From: Octopus sinensis
Taxonomy: Eukaryota
NCBI RefSeq assembly: GCF_006345805.1
Contig: NW_021836075.1
Span: forward strand, 1-25,451
Direction: 5' to 3'
Length of the DNA: 25,451 nt
The translations under genes and the position numbers were made by a program. The notes below the pieces were generated by a model. That model did no database searches. It was not told the DNA's origin and saw only the letters and a program-made list of their open reading frames with translations. Each line of letters starts with the position of its first letter. Position 1 is the first letter of the stretch. This document shows, piece by piece, positions 9,625-21,139 of this stretch.

Positions 9625-10300
9625 GTACCAGTTACGCACTGGGGTCGATGTAATCGACTTAATCCGTTTGTTTGTCCTTGTTTGTCCCCTCTGTGTTTAG
9701 CCCCTTGTGAGTAGTAAAGAGATAGGTATTTCGTCTGTTTTAACGTTCTGATTTCAAATTCCGCCGAGGTCGACTTTGCCTTTCATACTTTCAGGGTCGA
9801 TAAACTAAGTAGCAGTAACGCACTGGGGTTGATGTAATCGATTTAGTCCCTCTGTCTGTCCTTGTTTGTCCCCTCTGTGTTTAGCCCCTTGTGGGTAGTA
9901 AAGAAATGGGTAATTCGTCTGCCATTACGTTCTGAGTTCAAATTCCGCCGAAGTTGACTTTGCCTTTTATACTTTCAGGGTCGATAAACTAAGTACCAGT
10001 TACGCACTGAGGTTGATGTAATCGACTTAGTTCCTCTGTCTGTCCTTGTTTGTCCCCTCTATGTTTAGCCCCTTGTGGGTAGTAAAGAAATAAGAAATGT
10101 TAGTACGCTGGGCGAAATGCATAGCAGTATTCCGCCTGTCTTTATGTTCTGAGTTCAAATTCCGTCGAGGCTGACTTAACATTTCATCCTTTCGGGGCCT
10201 ATGAATTAATTACCAGTTGCATACTGGGGCCGATCTGATCGACTGGCTCCCTCTCCAAAAACAAAATTCCGGGCCTTGTGCCCAGAGTAGAAGAGAATAT
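9624..10300 (+). mobile_element. SINE family 1 array: partial unit, two 184-bp tail-A units, terminal tail-B unit
   Basis: Junctions at 9724|9725, 9908|9909 and 10092|10093; ends ...AAAATTCCGGGCCTTGTGCCCAGAGTAGAAGAG. Confidence 0.93.
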
Positions 10301-10952
10301 AAAATATCATGAATGTTGTTCTGATGATATTTTCAGGCGAGTTCATATTTTCGCAAACACTCTCTTCATTTTGTTTTATTTAGAGAATAAAAACGCAACA
10401 AACATAATACCCAGAATCAACATCTGCTTCGTGAAATTACATTTCTAATGCAACATATTCAATATGGTGTTAGCTACATAATTCTTCAGCGAACGATTAT
10501 TTGTATTTAGTTGTAAATACCTGCATTTAGATATTTTCCTTACTTCAGTGATCCTCTTTGTCAGATTCACGGAACGTAAGTAGAATATTCTGTGAAAAAC
10601 CAATAAGAAGCACGAAGCCTTTCAAAGGATCCCTCGTAAATGAAAGCAGCTATTGCAAACGAGTTTATATACTAAACAGGATCAAATAGAAAACATTTCA
10701 TGTAATAGATACACAAAGCGTTTTTCTTTAGAGTAGAGATGGATATAGTTTACACCATTCGGCTTTTTCCTACTTTACCAATATGAAAGAAAGAAATAAC
10801 GCTACACGAAGCAGTGTTTAATACTCGAATTACGTAAGTCCATTCTGCTGATCCAAGACTTTAGATGTGGCGAAATGATAAATGTAAATTATACGATGAA
10901 CAACGGAAGATTGTGTGTTAGCCTTTGTTGAGGTACCTATTGAAAACCCATT

Positions 10953-10954
<2 letters not shown>

Positions 10955-11004
<50 letters not shown>

Positions 11005-11014
11005 CATAATATAC

Positions 11015-11047
<33 letters not shown>

Positions 11048-11221
11048 CATTAATATGTATATATATAATATATATAGCTAATTATATATATATATGTAAT
11101 ATTCGGGTTTATATATAACGTTTCTCTTATGTAACCTGATAATATATGTGTGTGTTTGTATGTTATATATATAACTATATATATATATATATATATATAA
11201 TATAATACAAATATACATATA

Positions 11222-11266
<45 letters not shown>

Positions 11267-11522
11267 ATATATACACACAAATAAAAATATATACATACAA
11301 TATATACATATATCAATGTATGTATATATATAACTATATTTATATACATATATACGTATAATATATATATTATATATAATATATATATATATTATAATAT
11401 ATATATATATCTTATATATATATATATATACACACATTATAAACTATATACATCACATATAACATATATACATGTATGTATATATATACTACATTTATAT
11501 ACATATATACGTATATATATAT

Positions 11523-11587
<65 letters not shown>

Positions 11588-11749
11588 TATCTATATATAT
11601 ATATATACCAGATATATGTATGTATAAATATTTATTCACATATATATATAATAAAACGTATATGTATATTTATATATGTATGCGTGCGTACATGTATAGG
11701 TATGTATAACTACATGTATATGTGTGTCTATGTTCTTGCATATGCATGC

Positions 11750-11785
<36 letters not shown>

Positions 11786-11960
11786 AGCTATGTATATATG
11801 TGTGTGTGTGCATGTGTGTGCATATATAATAAATTTGGATGATCTTGGTCATGTATATACATGTGCTTATATTTGTGTGTGTGTATATATATATATAAAC
11901 GCGCACACTGATACACTACTACACACGCACATACACCCACACACACTCACACATATACCG
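10955..11960. repeat. About 1 kb (TA)n-dominated microsatellite field with CA/TG patches
   Basis: Direct. Confidence 0.95.
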
Positions 11961-12199
11961 CGTATCCTATTAACTACTTCACATTGAACTGTGATTGGTA
12001 ATTTCACAAGGAATGGCGTTGTTGCGGATTCCATGTTTAGTGGTTCTTGCATTAAGTTCTTCATTTCGGTAATTCCATTCTACCTTGGTTTATTCTGAAA
12101 TAGCTTCCATTCTCTACCATTTCTACACTTCTTGTAGTTGAAGCAAAATAACGTGGGACATATAAAAACATTCTGCTGTTGACTGTATTTTTTCTCTTC

Positions 12200-12447
12200 T
12201 TTTTTTACTTCTTTCAGCCATTTGTTTGCGGCCTTGCTGGAGCACCGCCTTAAAATGTGTTACTCGAAGACATCTACAACGAAGACTTATTCTTTTTCAG
12301 CCTATTACTTAGTCTATCATCCACTTTAGCCGAACCGCTAAGTTACGGGGACCTAAATACACCTGCATCGATTGGCAAGAGATGTTGGGGGACAAACAAA
12401 AACAGACACACACAAATACACACACACACTCACACACACACAAATAC

Positions 12448-12480
<33 letters not shown>

Positions 12481-12510
12481 TATATATATATATATGTATA
12501 TATATATTTA
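12200..12510 (-). mobile_element. SINE family 2, 3' half including its internal (CA)/(TA) tract
   Basis: Reverse complement contains CCCCGTAACTTAGCGGTTCGGC and AAGGCGGTGCTCCAGCAAGGCCGC. The latter matches the plus-strand fragments at 23700 and 23855. Confidence 0.75.
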
Positions 12511-13204
12511 TATATTTAACTGCACTGCTCACAACTTGAGATGATCTGGCACATATCAGAGGAATTGCTAAGTTCAAATGTTCGAAGAACTGTTAGAATG
12601 ATTGGTAAAATGCGTAAAATTCATTTCTTCTAATGGTTTAATGCAGAGATAGATGCTGCTGTATGGCTTACACTGGGTCACTAATCACGGTGAAGTTATT
12701 TCCTTGAATACATAATGGAACGGGTGTAGGATATAAAATATCACTAAAAGGAAAATATGAGAGATTAGATAATTCTAGAAAGCACATGTTTGGCGGATCA
12801 AGAAATGAACCTGGGAGTCAGTTCAGACACAATTTTAGCGGCGCGATCGTTACGTCTATTGTGGTGTCTGGAGGGACTAACCACTTGCCCGGGGGATGAA
12901 GTGGGTCTGTAAACGATACATGTCTGCGGAGTGGGGATAGGTGTACGTTAGGTGCTGAGTTCGTGTTATTGCGATTTGATCTGATATTGTAAACCTATAA
13001 ATGTGGTAACTACATCATCAATACGACGCCCTTTGTTTATTGGAAGTTTGTTTATAGGAAATGAGAGATACCATACTGTGTAATGGTACATCATTTGCTC
13101 AGTGAAGGGTATCACAATTTCAAATTTAAAATATAATCAATTATATTACAAAAAATATATATCATATAACCTATTTTCATGTTGTACAATGATAAAATTA
13201 TCAA

Positions 13205-13260
13205 AATAATAATAAATAACAACAACAAAAAAAAAAACAACAACAATAATAATAATAATA

Positions 13261-13301
<41 letters not shown>

Positions 13302-13630
13302 TATTATTATTATTATTATTATTATTATTGTTATTACAATTATTTCTGTTTACTCGCTGCTATGTCAATCGCAAATGTTCGTTCTCTTTCTATCGCTCTT
13401 ATTTTTGCAGACTTGTGGTCAATAAAGAAATGCTGTTATCATTATTGTTGTAATAGTAGTAGCAGTAGAAGTAGAGGCAGTAGTAGTAGTAGTTGTTGTT
13501 ATTTGTGGAGATAAAAAAATGTTGTTCTTATTATTGTAGTAGTAGTAGTAGTAGCAGTAGTAGTACTATTTGTTATTTGTGGGGATAAAGAAATGCTGTT
13601 ATTATTACTAGCAGTACTAGTAGTACTAGT

Positions 13631-13703
<73 letters not shown>

Positions 13704-13735
13704 TTTTTTGTTGTTGCTATTTGTGGGGGGAAATA
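13205..13735. repeat. (AAC/AAT)n-(ATT)n tract followed by (TAG)/(CAG)n higher-order repeat
   Basis: Direct; motif TTGTGG..ATAAAGAAATGCTGTT recurs at 13413, 13503, 13577 and partially at 13721. Confidence 0.9.
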
Positions 13736-13764
13736 TCGAATATCAGATTATTTACAACCAGCAT

Positions 13765-13833
13765 AAATATATATATATATATATATAATATATATATAAT
13801 ATATATATATATATACATCTACACACACAACAC

Positions 13834-13873
<40 letters not shown>

Positions 13874-13920
13874 ATAGATATATATCTATATATATATATA
13901 TATATTATATATATACTATA
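13765..13920. repeat. (TA)n/(CA)n microsatellite
   Basis: Direct. Confidence 0.95.
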
Positions 13921-14419
13921 TTTATCTTCGTTCGCTCTTCAAAATATTAGATAGCAAATAACATTTAAAACAAAAATCGATGAAAGAAAAAAATATATGA
14001 TAAATTAAAACCGACACAGGCCAAATATTGTGTCGAAAAGTCTCCAGTAGGAGAGAAGCCAATTCTCATTGTTAACCATTTTGCGGTGCTTGCCTCGGCA
14101 GTTTCCCTTTCGGTGTTCCAGTCCCAGAACAATTATTATTCAACATATATTCTGAATATGCCAAACAAATAAGATCGCAGTCTCTTTAGTACGTCGTCAA
14201 CATTCTCAATTGAGTTTTGGACAATAGATTTCTTTTATATGTGAGATTTCGTGGATAAATCACTGTTATTCTGTTGAAGGTTTACAGTTTGGTATCGTTG
14301 CGATGTAATGTAAGTAAATTAAGTTTTATAGCTTCGGGGTTTTGTTCTGCTATTCCTCCCGTAACGGGAAATACGGATTACATCTGAGCAGGTAATTGTA
14401 TCGTTGAAGGCTTCACGGA

Positions 14420-14670
14420 ATACACACACGCATCGCGTGCGCACACATACACATATAAACATAGAAACAGACACACATACATATAGACACACACTCATGC
14501 ATCGCGTGCACACACACACACACACACATACACACACATATCGCGTGCACACACACACACATCTCCTGCACATACACACACATCCCCTGCACACATACAC
14601 ACACACACACATCGCTAGCACACACATATAGTCAGACACACACACACACGAACACACACACACATGAATA
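14420..14670. repeat. (CA)n field with recurring ATCGCGTGC-type interruptions
   Basis: ATCGCGTGC three times, plus variants ATCTCCTGC, ATCCCCTGC and ATCGCTAGC. Confidence 0.85.
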
Positions 14671-14676
14671 TATATA

Positions 14677-14815
14677 GGCCCAGGCGTGGCAACATGGTAA
14701 AAAATCTTCGTTCCCAACCTAGTGGCAAATGTCTTCTACTATAGTTTCAGGCCGACGAAGGACTTGAGAGTCGATTTGGGCGATGGAAATACAAACAAAT
14801 ACGCCCCCCCACACA
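14677..14815 (+). mobile_element. SINE family 2, decayed 5' half with internal deletion
   Basis: CAGGCGTGGC..ATGGTAA head, then GGCAAATGTCTTCTACTATAG..GGCCGAC..GATTTGG..GATGGAAA, as I recall the family body. Confidence 0.6.
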
Positions 14816-14946
14816 CACACGGACTTTAGTTTAGTTCACAGATATCTCTGATATAATATTTTAACTTTCTGACAAATTTGAATATCATTACAATTTGCCG
14901 TGGAGAATAAAAAATTCTTGCAGGTAGGCAATGTGTAAATACTTAC

Positions 14947-15067
14947 CAGCTCCGTTTCGCTCCCTCTTGGACTGCTCGAAGCATTTCTGTCTCGTTCTAA
15001 TATTACATCGAAAAAAGATTTACGGAGATGTACTTGCATAGCAAGTGACTTGATCTGAGATCGTGTG
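14947..15067 (-). CDS. Candidate 121-nt internal coding exon of an unidentified gene
   Basis: Acceptor TTGTTTTCGTTCCAG| and donor CTG|GTAAGT. Only one frame is open (TRSQIKSLAMQVHLRKSFFDVILERDRNASSSPRGSETEL). No family recognised. Confidence 0.35.
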
Positions 15068-15727
15068 CTGGAACGAAAACAATTGCAGCGTGGAAGGTGT
15101 TTGTAAGCCATTTAAGAAACACGCAAAACCGTTAGATTCACTTCAACATTTATATTTAATTTGTCAAAATATTTTCGTCGCTTTGAGACCACGACCTGTC
15201 CACTGACAAAGCTTCGTGCTACATCGTGCTGCATCGAAAAAAGAATATTCCCTCATTCGCTTCTGCTGCAAGATTTGTGTCGTGAAACAGTATTTAAAGT
15301 TCATTGGATTTCTTATAATTCACTTGACGCGTTCATCTTCTTGTAACTGAATTGGGAAACATACACAAAGCCATATCATAGCTTTCCCCTATTTTCAAAT
15401 TATGCGAATTTGGTGCAATTATCCATTTGCAATCTAGTGTCAGAATAACAACTGTGCGTCTATGCTATCTATCCTCAATGCCTTTGTACATCCTTATATA
15501 TCTGCACTTTGCTGCTACGAATTTATCCCAAGGGACGACAGAAATATCTCGCACAGAAATAAATGAAATTTAAATATTAAATTATCATAATCGAAATTAG
15601 AATCAAAAGTAGTTGGGTGTTAGCAGTTTTGTATTTAAAACGAATGATTAGTCTATTGTTATTAACTTGTCATGACCATCGAAAACAATTCTTCCCGATG
15701 GATTCACAAGGATCAACGTCAGCTGTA

Positions 15728-16220
15728 CAAACACACACACAACACACACAGACACACATCACACACACACACAACACACACAACACACACACAACACACA
15801 CACACACACAGACACACACACACACTCACACACACACATGCACACACATATCCACGCACAAACACAGGCATACAAATAAAGACACACACACGTAAACATA
15901 CACACATGCACACACACATCCACGCACACACACACTCACACACACACATGCACACACATATCCACGCACAAACACAGGCATACAAATAAAGACACACACA
16001 CGTAAACATACACACATGCACACACACATCCACGCACACACACACACACACACACGGACATACACACACACATATCCACGCACAAACACAGGCATACAAA
16101 TAAAGACACACACACATAAACATACACAACACACACACACAACACACACACACACGGACATACACACACACATATCCACGCACAAACACAGGCATACAAA
16201 TAAACACACACACACATAAA
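15728..16220. repeat. (CA)n-based minisatellite with four copies of a 32-bp core
   Basis: TATCCACGCACAAACACAGGCATACAAATAAA at 15849, 15959, 16073 and 16173. Confidence 0.92.
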
Positions 16221-16854
16221 CAGACTTTCTCTCATCCACACAAATACAATACAAATGTTCCCGTATTGCGCAGTTATTTTCTTGTGCAAGTGACTCAATC
16301 AAGCGTTCGTTTATTGGGAGAAAGAAAAAAAACAAAAACCCCAAAACCCAAAAACTACTTATTTCACAACACATAAAACGCATGACATTCCGATTTGATT
16401 TACTTCTTAATGGTCCTGGTTACTCTATTATGAAGTAGCTAAAAGCCTAATCGTTCTTCCGCCGCCTGGTTGGTCACTTACATAATTCTATTACTCTCTG
16501 CAGTAATACAACTTTTTAAGAGAGCCTACTTCGAAAATTAAAGCATTCCTTGTTAGACTCACTCATAAAGATACTTTCAACCCCAGATGAATTAACTATG
16601 GTATCCCTATATTTTTATGAGGAAGTCATTCCCTGTATAATTTCTGTCGGTATTTAATCTCTGCTGTATTACAGGTACTTTGTATAAAACCTTAACAGAA
16701 GGAAGAAATTCGAAGCGTAACGCCCTTTCAACTAGTTAACACTAAGAGAAGAATGGCTTTTTCACAGAACATATTTAGCCTCGCATTTCGCATTAATTTG
16801 TTTGATCTCCTCTCAGAGTCATTCGTGGACACGATAATGAACAAGGGATAGAGG

Positions 16855-16898
16855 AAAAACAAAGAGAGAAAGAGAACGAGAGAAGGAGAGCGAGAGAA

Positions 16899-16955
<57 letters not shown>

Positions 16956-16975
16956 GAAAAAAGAAAAGAAAAATA
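16855..16975. repeat. (GA)n polypurine tract
   Basis: Direct. Confidence 0.95.
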
Positions 16976-17149
16976 TTTTGTCGGTCATGCTTTTGTTTCT
17001 AGTATAGGGCAAATGATCACTCGATTTTCATTAAATGAATATTAAGAAAACACACAGAAAGCCAAACCCTTGTTTGCAGATTTGCAATTAAATTTTTTAT
17101 AAAAAATTAAATTTTCTCAATATTAAATTCAATGGTCATGTAATATATA

Positions 17150-17182
17150 TGTCATACACACACCATATGTATATCATATATG

Positions 17183-17230
<48 letters not shown>

Positions 17231-17350
17231 ATATTAATATAGTATATATATATATATATATTATATAATACTATGTTATTGTGGATGCACGCGTGTATGT
17301 GTTTGTATATGAGTTGGTCATGAATTTGTGTGTGTGTGTATGTGTATAGA
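17150..17350. repeat. (TA)n/(TG)n microsatellite
   Basis: Direct. Confidence 0.9.
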
Positions 17351-18037
17351 GACTAAGAAATGCGGAGAGAGATTTGGAGTCGGAAAAAGACAGACAAACA
17401 GACAGACAGAAGAAAAAAGTATGAGATTTTTAATTTAAGCAGCCATTACGTTTTTTTTCTTCTTTTTTTGTCTGTTTTAGGTGAATTTCTTTTTCAATTA
17501 AATATTTACCATTTTGACAATGCAACGATGTTTTTGACAAAAGAGTCAACAAGATTTCCTTCGCCAATACTATAAAGGTGTTCAAATTTATAGGTTACAC
17601 AGAAACCTTTGATTTTAATCGTTAGATGTAATTACCTTAAATGGAACACGCAGCTGTAGCGAGTGACGTAAGCAAACAACAAACACCGCTTGAACGACGA
17701 AAGTTAGCGGACATCTTGTTTTAAATAACGTTAATTAAAATTTATGAGTTTTCGCTGTATTTAGCGTAATGAGTAATCTTTGATGTAGTTTTTTTCCTTT
17801 TCCATTTTGTACCTTTGATTAGTGAATGCATGAATAAGCGTTCTTTATGGGATTCTTGGCATTTATAAATTATATTTGTGTGACTAAGCTATCTAATAGT
17901 ATAACGTTTGTCTTAATTTCAAAATGTTTCGAAAAAAAAAGTTGTCCAACGTTTACCCGTCTATACGGAATCTATGGTAGACAAATAGAAGCACAAAGCA
18001 CACAAAATTTACTCATGAACATATGTAGGGCATACAC

Positions 18038-18252
18038 GTCTCTCTCTCTGCCTCTATCCCTGTCTCTCTCCCTCTCTATATCTCTCTCTCATTCTGACCG
18101 TCTCTGCCTTTCTATTGGTCTGTCTGTCTGACTCATTGTCTCTGTATGTTTCTCTCTCTCTGTCTGACAGGCCGTCTGTCTCTTTGCCTATCTCTCCCTG
18201 TCTCTGTCTGTCTATCTCTCTCTCTGTCTCTCTGTCTTGCTCTCTGCGAATG

Positions 18253-18283
<31 letters not shown>

Positions 18284-18285
18284 TG
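18038..18285. repeat. (TC)n/(TGTC)n pyrimidine-rich tract followed by TA/TG
   Basis: Direct. Confidence 0.9.
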
Positions 18286-18574
18286 AGTGCATTGACATCA
18301 TATGAATTTTCAAATAAACCTCGTAAACATTTCAAATAAAAGCATAAACCACTGTCAAACAGCGAAATAATTATTTCCATTTATGTTTACTTGCCATTTG
18401 CTAGTTTATCACCAATAAATGTACAATTATTTGTTCTTTTAACCATTTCTGTTTGCTTTTCCAACTCTCAGTAACGCTTGTATGGGCGCAGGAAAAGCCT
18501 TCTTTTACATTTTTGCCACAGCGTATATCAAAGGACTTATGCATACACTTATACGACCACATAAACAAACATTA

Positions 18575-18730
18575 CACAAGCACACACACACACACGCACA
18601 CACACGCATACATGTATATTCTCACACACATAGAGACCCGCAGACACACACACACATATACATATACACACACACACACACACACATAGAGACCCGCAGA
18701 CACACACACATATACATACACACACACAGA

Positions 18731-18767
<37 letters not shown>

Positions 18768-18951
18768 CAATATATCTGAATATTAAAAAGATACACTAAT
18801 ATATACAAATACAAATACACACAACACACACACACACATAGAGACCCACAGACACACACACACGCACATACATACATGCATATATGTTTATATATATACA
18901 TACATATTTCTATATTAAGATATACATACATATACAAATACAAATACACAC

Positions 18952-18988
<37 letters not shown>

Positions 18989-19050
18989 GATGCATACACA
19001 CACACATACACACACACATACACACTCATATATATCTATATTACATATTT
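18575..19050. repeat. (CA)/(TA) field with internally duplicated TAGAGACCCRCAG motif
   Basis: Motif at 18631, 18687 and 18839; TATACAAATACAAATACACAC occurs twice. Confidence 0.9.
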
Positions 19051-19737
19051 ATGTGTCTTTGTGTGACTAAGTATGTCTTTTAGTGTTGTACAAAATTTTC
19101 GTTTCTCCTTCATTTTTTTATAAACCGTTTTATGAGTCATTGAGCTTTCTAATGAAACTCACTATCACATGATTATAGAGTTCTTCTAAAGAAATACTTC
19201 CTATGTAATATCCAAATTAACTCGAGATTCTTTTTTCTCTCTCTTTTTTTGTGGATTTTTTTTTTAGGTCAGTTCCTTATCGCATGGTTTACGTCAATGT
19301 TCCGTGGAAATATTTGCAATCGATAGCCATCATTCGCTGGTCGCCATTACATTCACTGCTGTACTGCCCTTTGATTATTCGCAACTGACGGAGTCGATAA
19401 AATCAGTAGTCAGACTGTTCAGTAAAAAATATCAAGAGATCAATAATTTACGTCATATCCAATGGTGCCTGACACAGTGTCTACATCTTAAGTAATTTCA
19501 AATCTTGCTTTTGTCTTGTTTTATATTTTCTATATATTCGGCTTTCGTTGCTGTAAGAACGTACCAACGTTGTAGTCACAGATCAATTCTATAATAAACA
19601 GAAGAAAAAAAACGAGAAATGAGAAATTGAATATTAATGAAATGTACCTCTTCTGGAAGAAACACTTTAAAGCGTCTGAAAAAAATGTCTTACAATTACA
19701 TAGATTTCTCTCGTATTTCGTAACCTAAGATTAAACC

Positions 19738-19790
19738 ACGCTGAGGTCGACTTTGACTTTCAGACTTGCACGATAAAAATTTACAATTAC
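19738..19790 (+). mobile_element. SINE family 1 core fragment
   Basis: CGCTGAGGTCGACTTTGACTTTCAG...CGATAAAA matches the family core. Confidence 0.55.
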
Positions 19791-19944
19791 GTTTTAGGAA
19801 TTGTGCTACTAAGCTAACATTAATTTATCCCTTTATATTTAAAACATGAAATATTGTTCTCCATTTTACTTAATTCCCTGCATTCAGTATATCTAACTAC
19901 TACTCTGTCTAAGAAACCACTAAAATTATAATATATTGTAAAAG

Positions 19945-20470
19945 GTGGGTAGCGGAAGTAATCCAGCACGTCGGAATGGCTAAAAACCGCCTACCATAGA
20001 TAAATACTGTCTTTTCAATATTAATAGATAGAAAACAATAAAGAAAATAATAGAATGACCGAAGAAAGACTTCAGGGATATATTGTAAGGCAACTAAAGT
20101 CCTCAATATCAACTGAATGGCACAAGGAGATCTGGCGAAGATCATCTAAAAGAGAAGTGGTGTTCAACAGAAATGGGTATATTTTGAATGAAGGAAAACC
20201 GGAACATGTACATGATAAACGAATTCAATGCTAATAATGTGCTATTGAGGCTGGTTGCTGAAAATGCTCAATGGCTGCTGCTTTTTTCCGTTGAGGAAAG
20301 ATCTAAGTTTCGAAGCTTGTAATACCCTGTCATCAATAAATCTGCATCTATGCAAAGGACTAAATCGTCCTGTACACACAGGGCCAGACTTGGTAGAGGC
20401 GAAAAAAAAAATGGTGTTAATCATGGCTACACCACATTAATTAGACAATTATTTCATAAACCGGCTATGC
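19945..20470 (+). mobile_element. Heavily decayed RTE-clade LINE, C-terminal RT region
   Basis: Frameshifted plus-strand peptides in the expected order: EVIQHVGMAKNRL..ILIDRK; RLQGYIVRQL....EW; STEMGIF; NNVLLRL; RKDLSF..KGLNRPVHTG; LGRG. Compare the RTE pattern RIGMAKNAF / CYIWSVLLY..E.W / EMW / NEEVL / RQL.F..GLE..LTG / GRGR. Confidence 0.6.
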
Positions 20471-20661
20471 TGAAACGTCGAGGTCACTTGTCAATAAATT
20501 AACGAAAGAAAAAAGCAGGAACTCTTACATACTATAAGGATTCTTTATGAACCGCTTCGAACAAAAGAGCCACTACATGGCTGGTTGTCATACTAGACAA
20601 AACAGCCAAATTTACTTGAAATAGCATCAGAAGTTTTGAGCAAGACATATTGGATAATGCC

Positions 20662-20850
20662 TATATTGTCCTAGAGGATTCATATTGCCCTTGGGGCTCA
20701 TATTGCACTTGGTGGCCCATATTGCCCTTAGAGGTCTACATTACACTTGGAGGACTATAATGCCCCTGGAGGTTTATATTGCCCTTGGCGCTCCATAATT
20801 TTCTTCGAGGTCCATATTTATATTCGTGGTCCATATTGCCCATGGTGGGC
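20662..20850. repeat. Degenerate 19-bp minisatellite, 10 units, consensus about CATATTGCCCTTGGAGGTC
   Basis: Units start at 20662, 20681, 20699, 20718, 20737, 20756, 20775, 20794, 20813 and 20832. Confidence 0.88.
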
Positions 20851-21139
20851 CATATAATATTTTGCTGTTAATATTTATGAGAAATAAATTAATTATACTT
20901 CCAAAATTTAGAAAATATTTTAACAATTTTTTATACAATCCTTTATAATGTTTAACCATAGAATATTTTAAAGGAAGTTTTGGACATCGAAAGTCCATGA
21001 GGGTCCTCGATGAGTTGAATAAGAATTAAAGAGATGGCAGAACTGAGAGATGATTCAGAAACGATCTGAGAGACAACACTAATGGTTAGAAAGAAGTTCG
21101 TTATGGTTCTTCTCAATCAGTGACGACCCTGGCGGTAGC

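Noticed and set aside
12840-12990. Apparent similarity to 430-560 (CACT.GC.GGGGG..AAGT...GGAGTGGG)
   Set aside because: Only short patches align with large gaps; not distinguishable from chance.
14030-14410. Stop-poor frame on both strands, possible decayed coding sequence
   Set aside because: Several stops remain and no motif was recognised.
19163-19200. EF-hand-like micro-exon GSISLEELYNHVI, chained with a 16-nt micro-exon at 16482-16497
   Set aside because: Weak acceptor, only 12-13 residues, and the phases do not chain into the 14947-15067 exon.
20960-21100. Possible 3' continuation of the RTE relic (IKEMAELRDD)
   Set aside because: Similarity too weak to support by eye.
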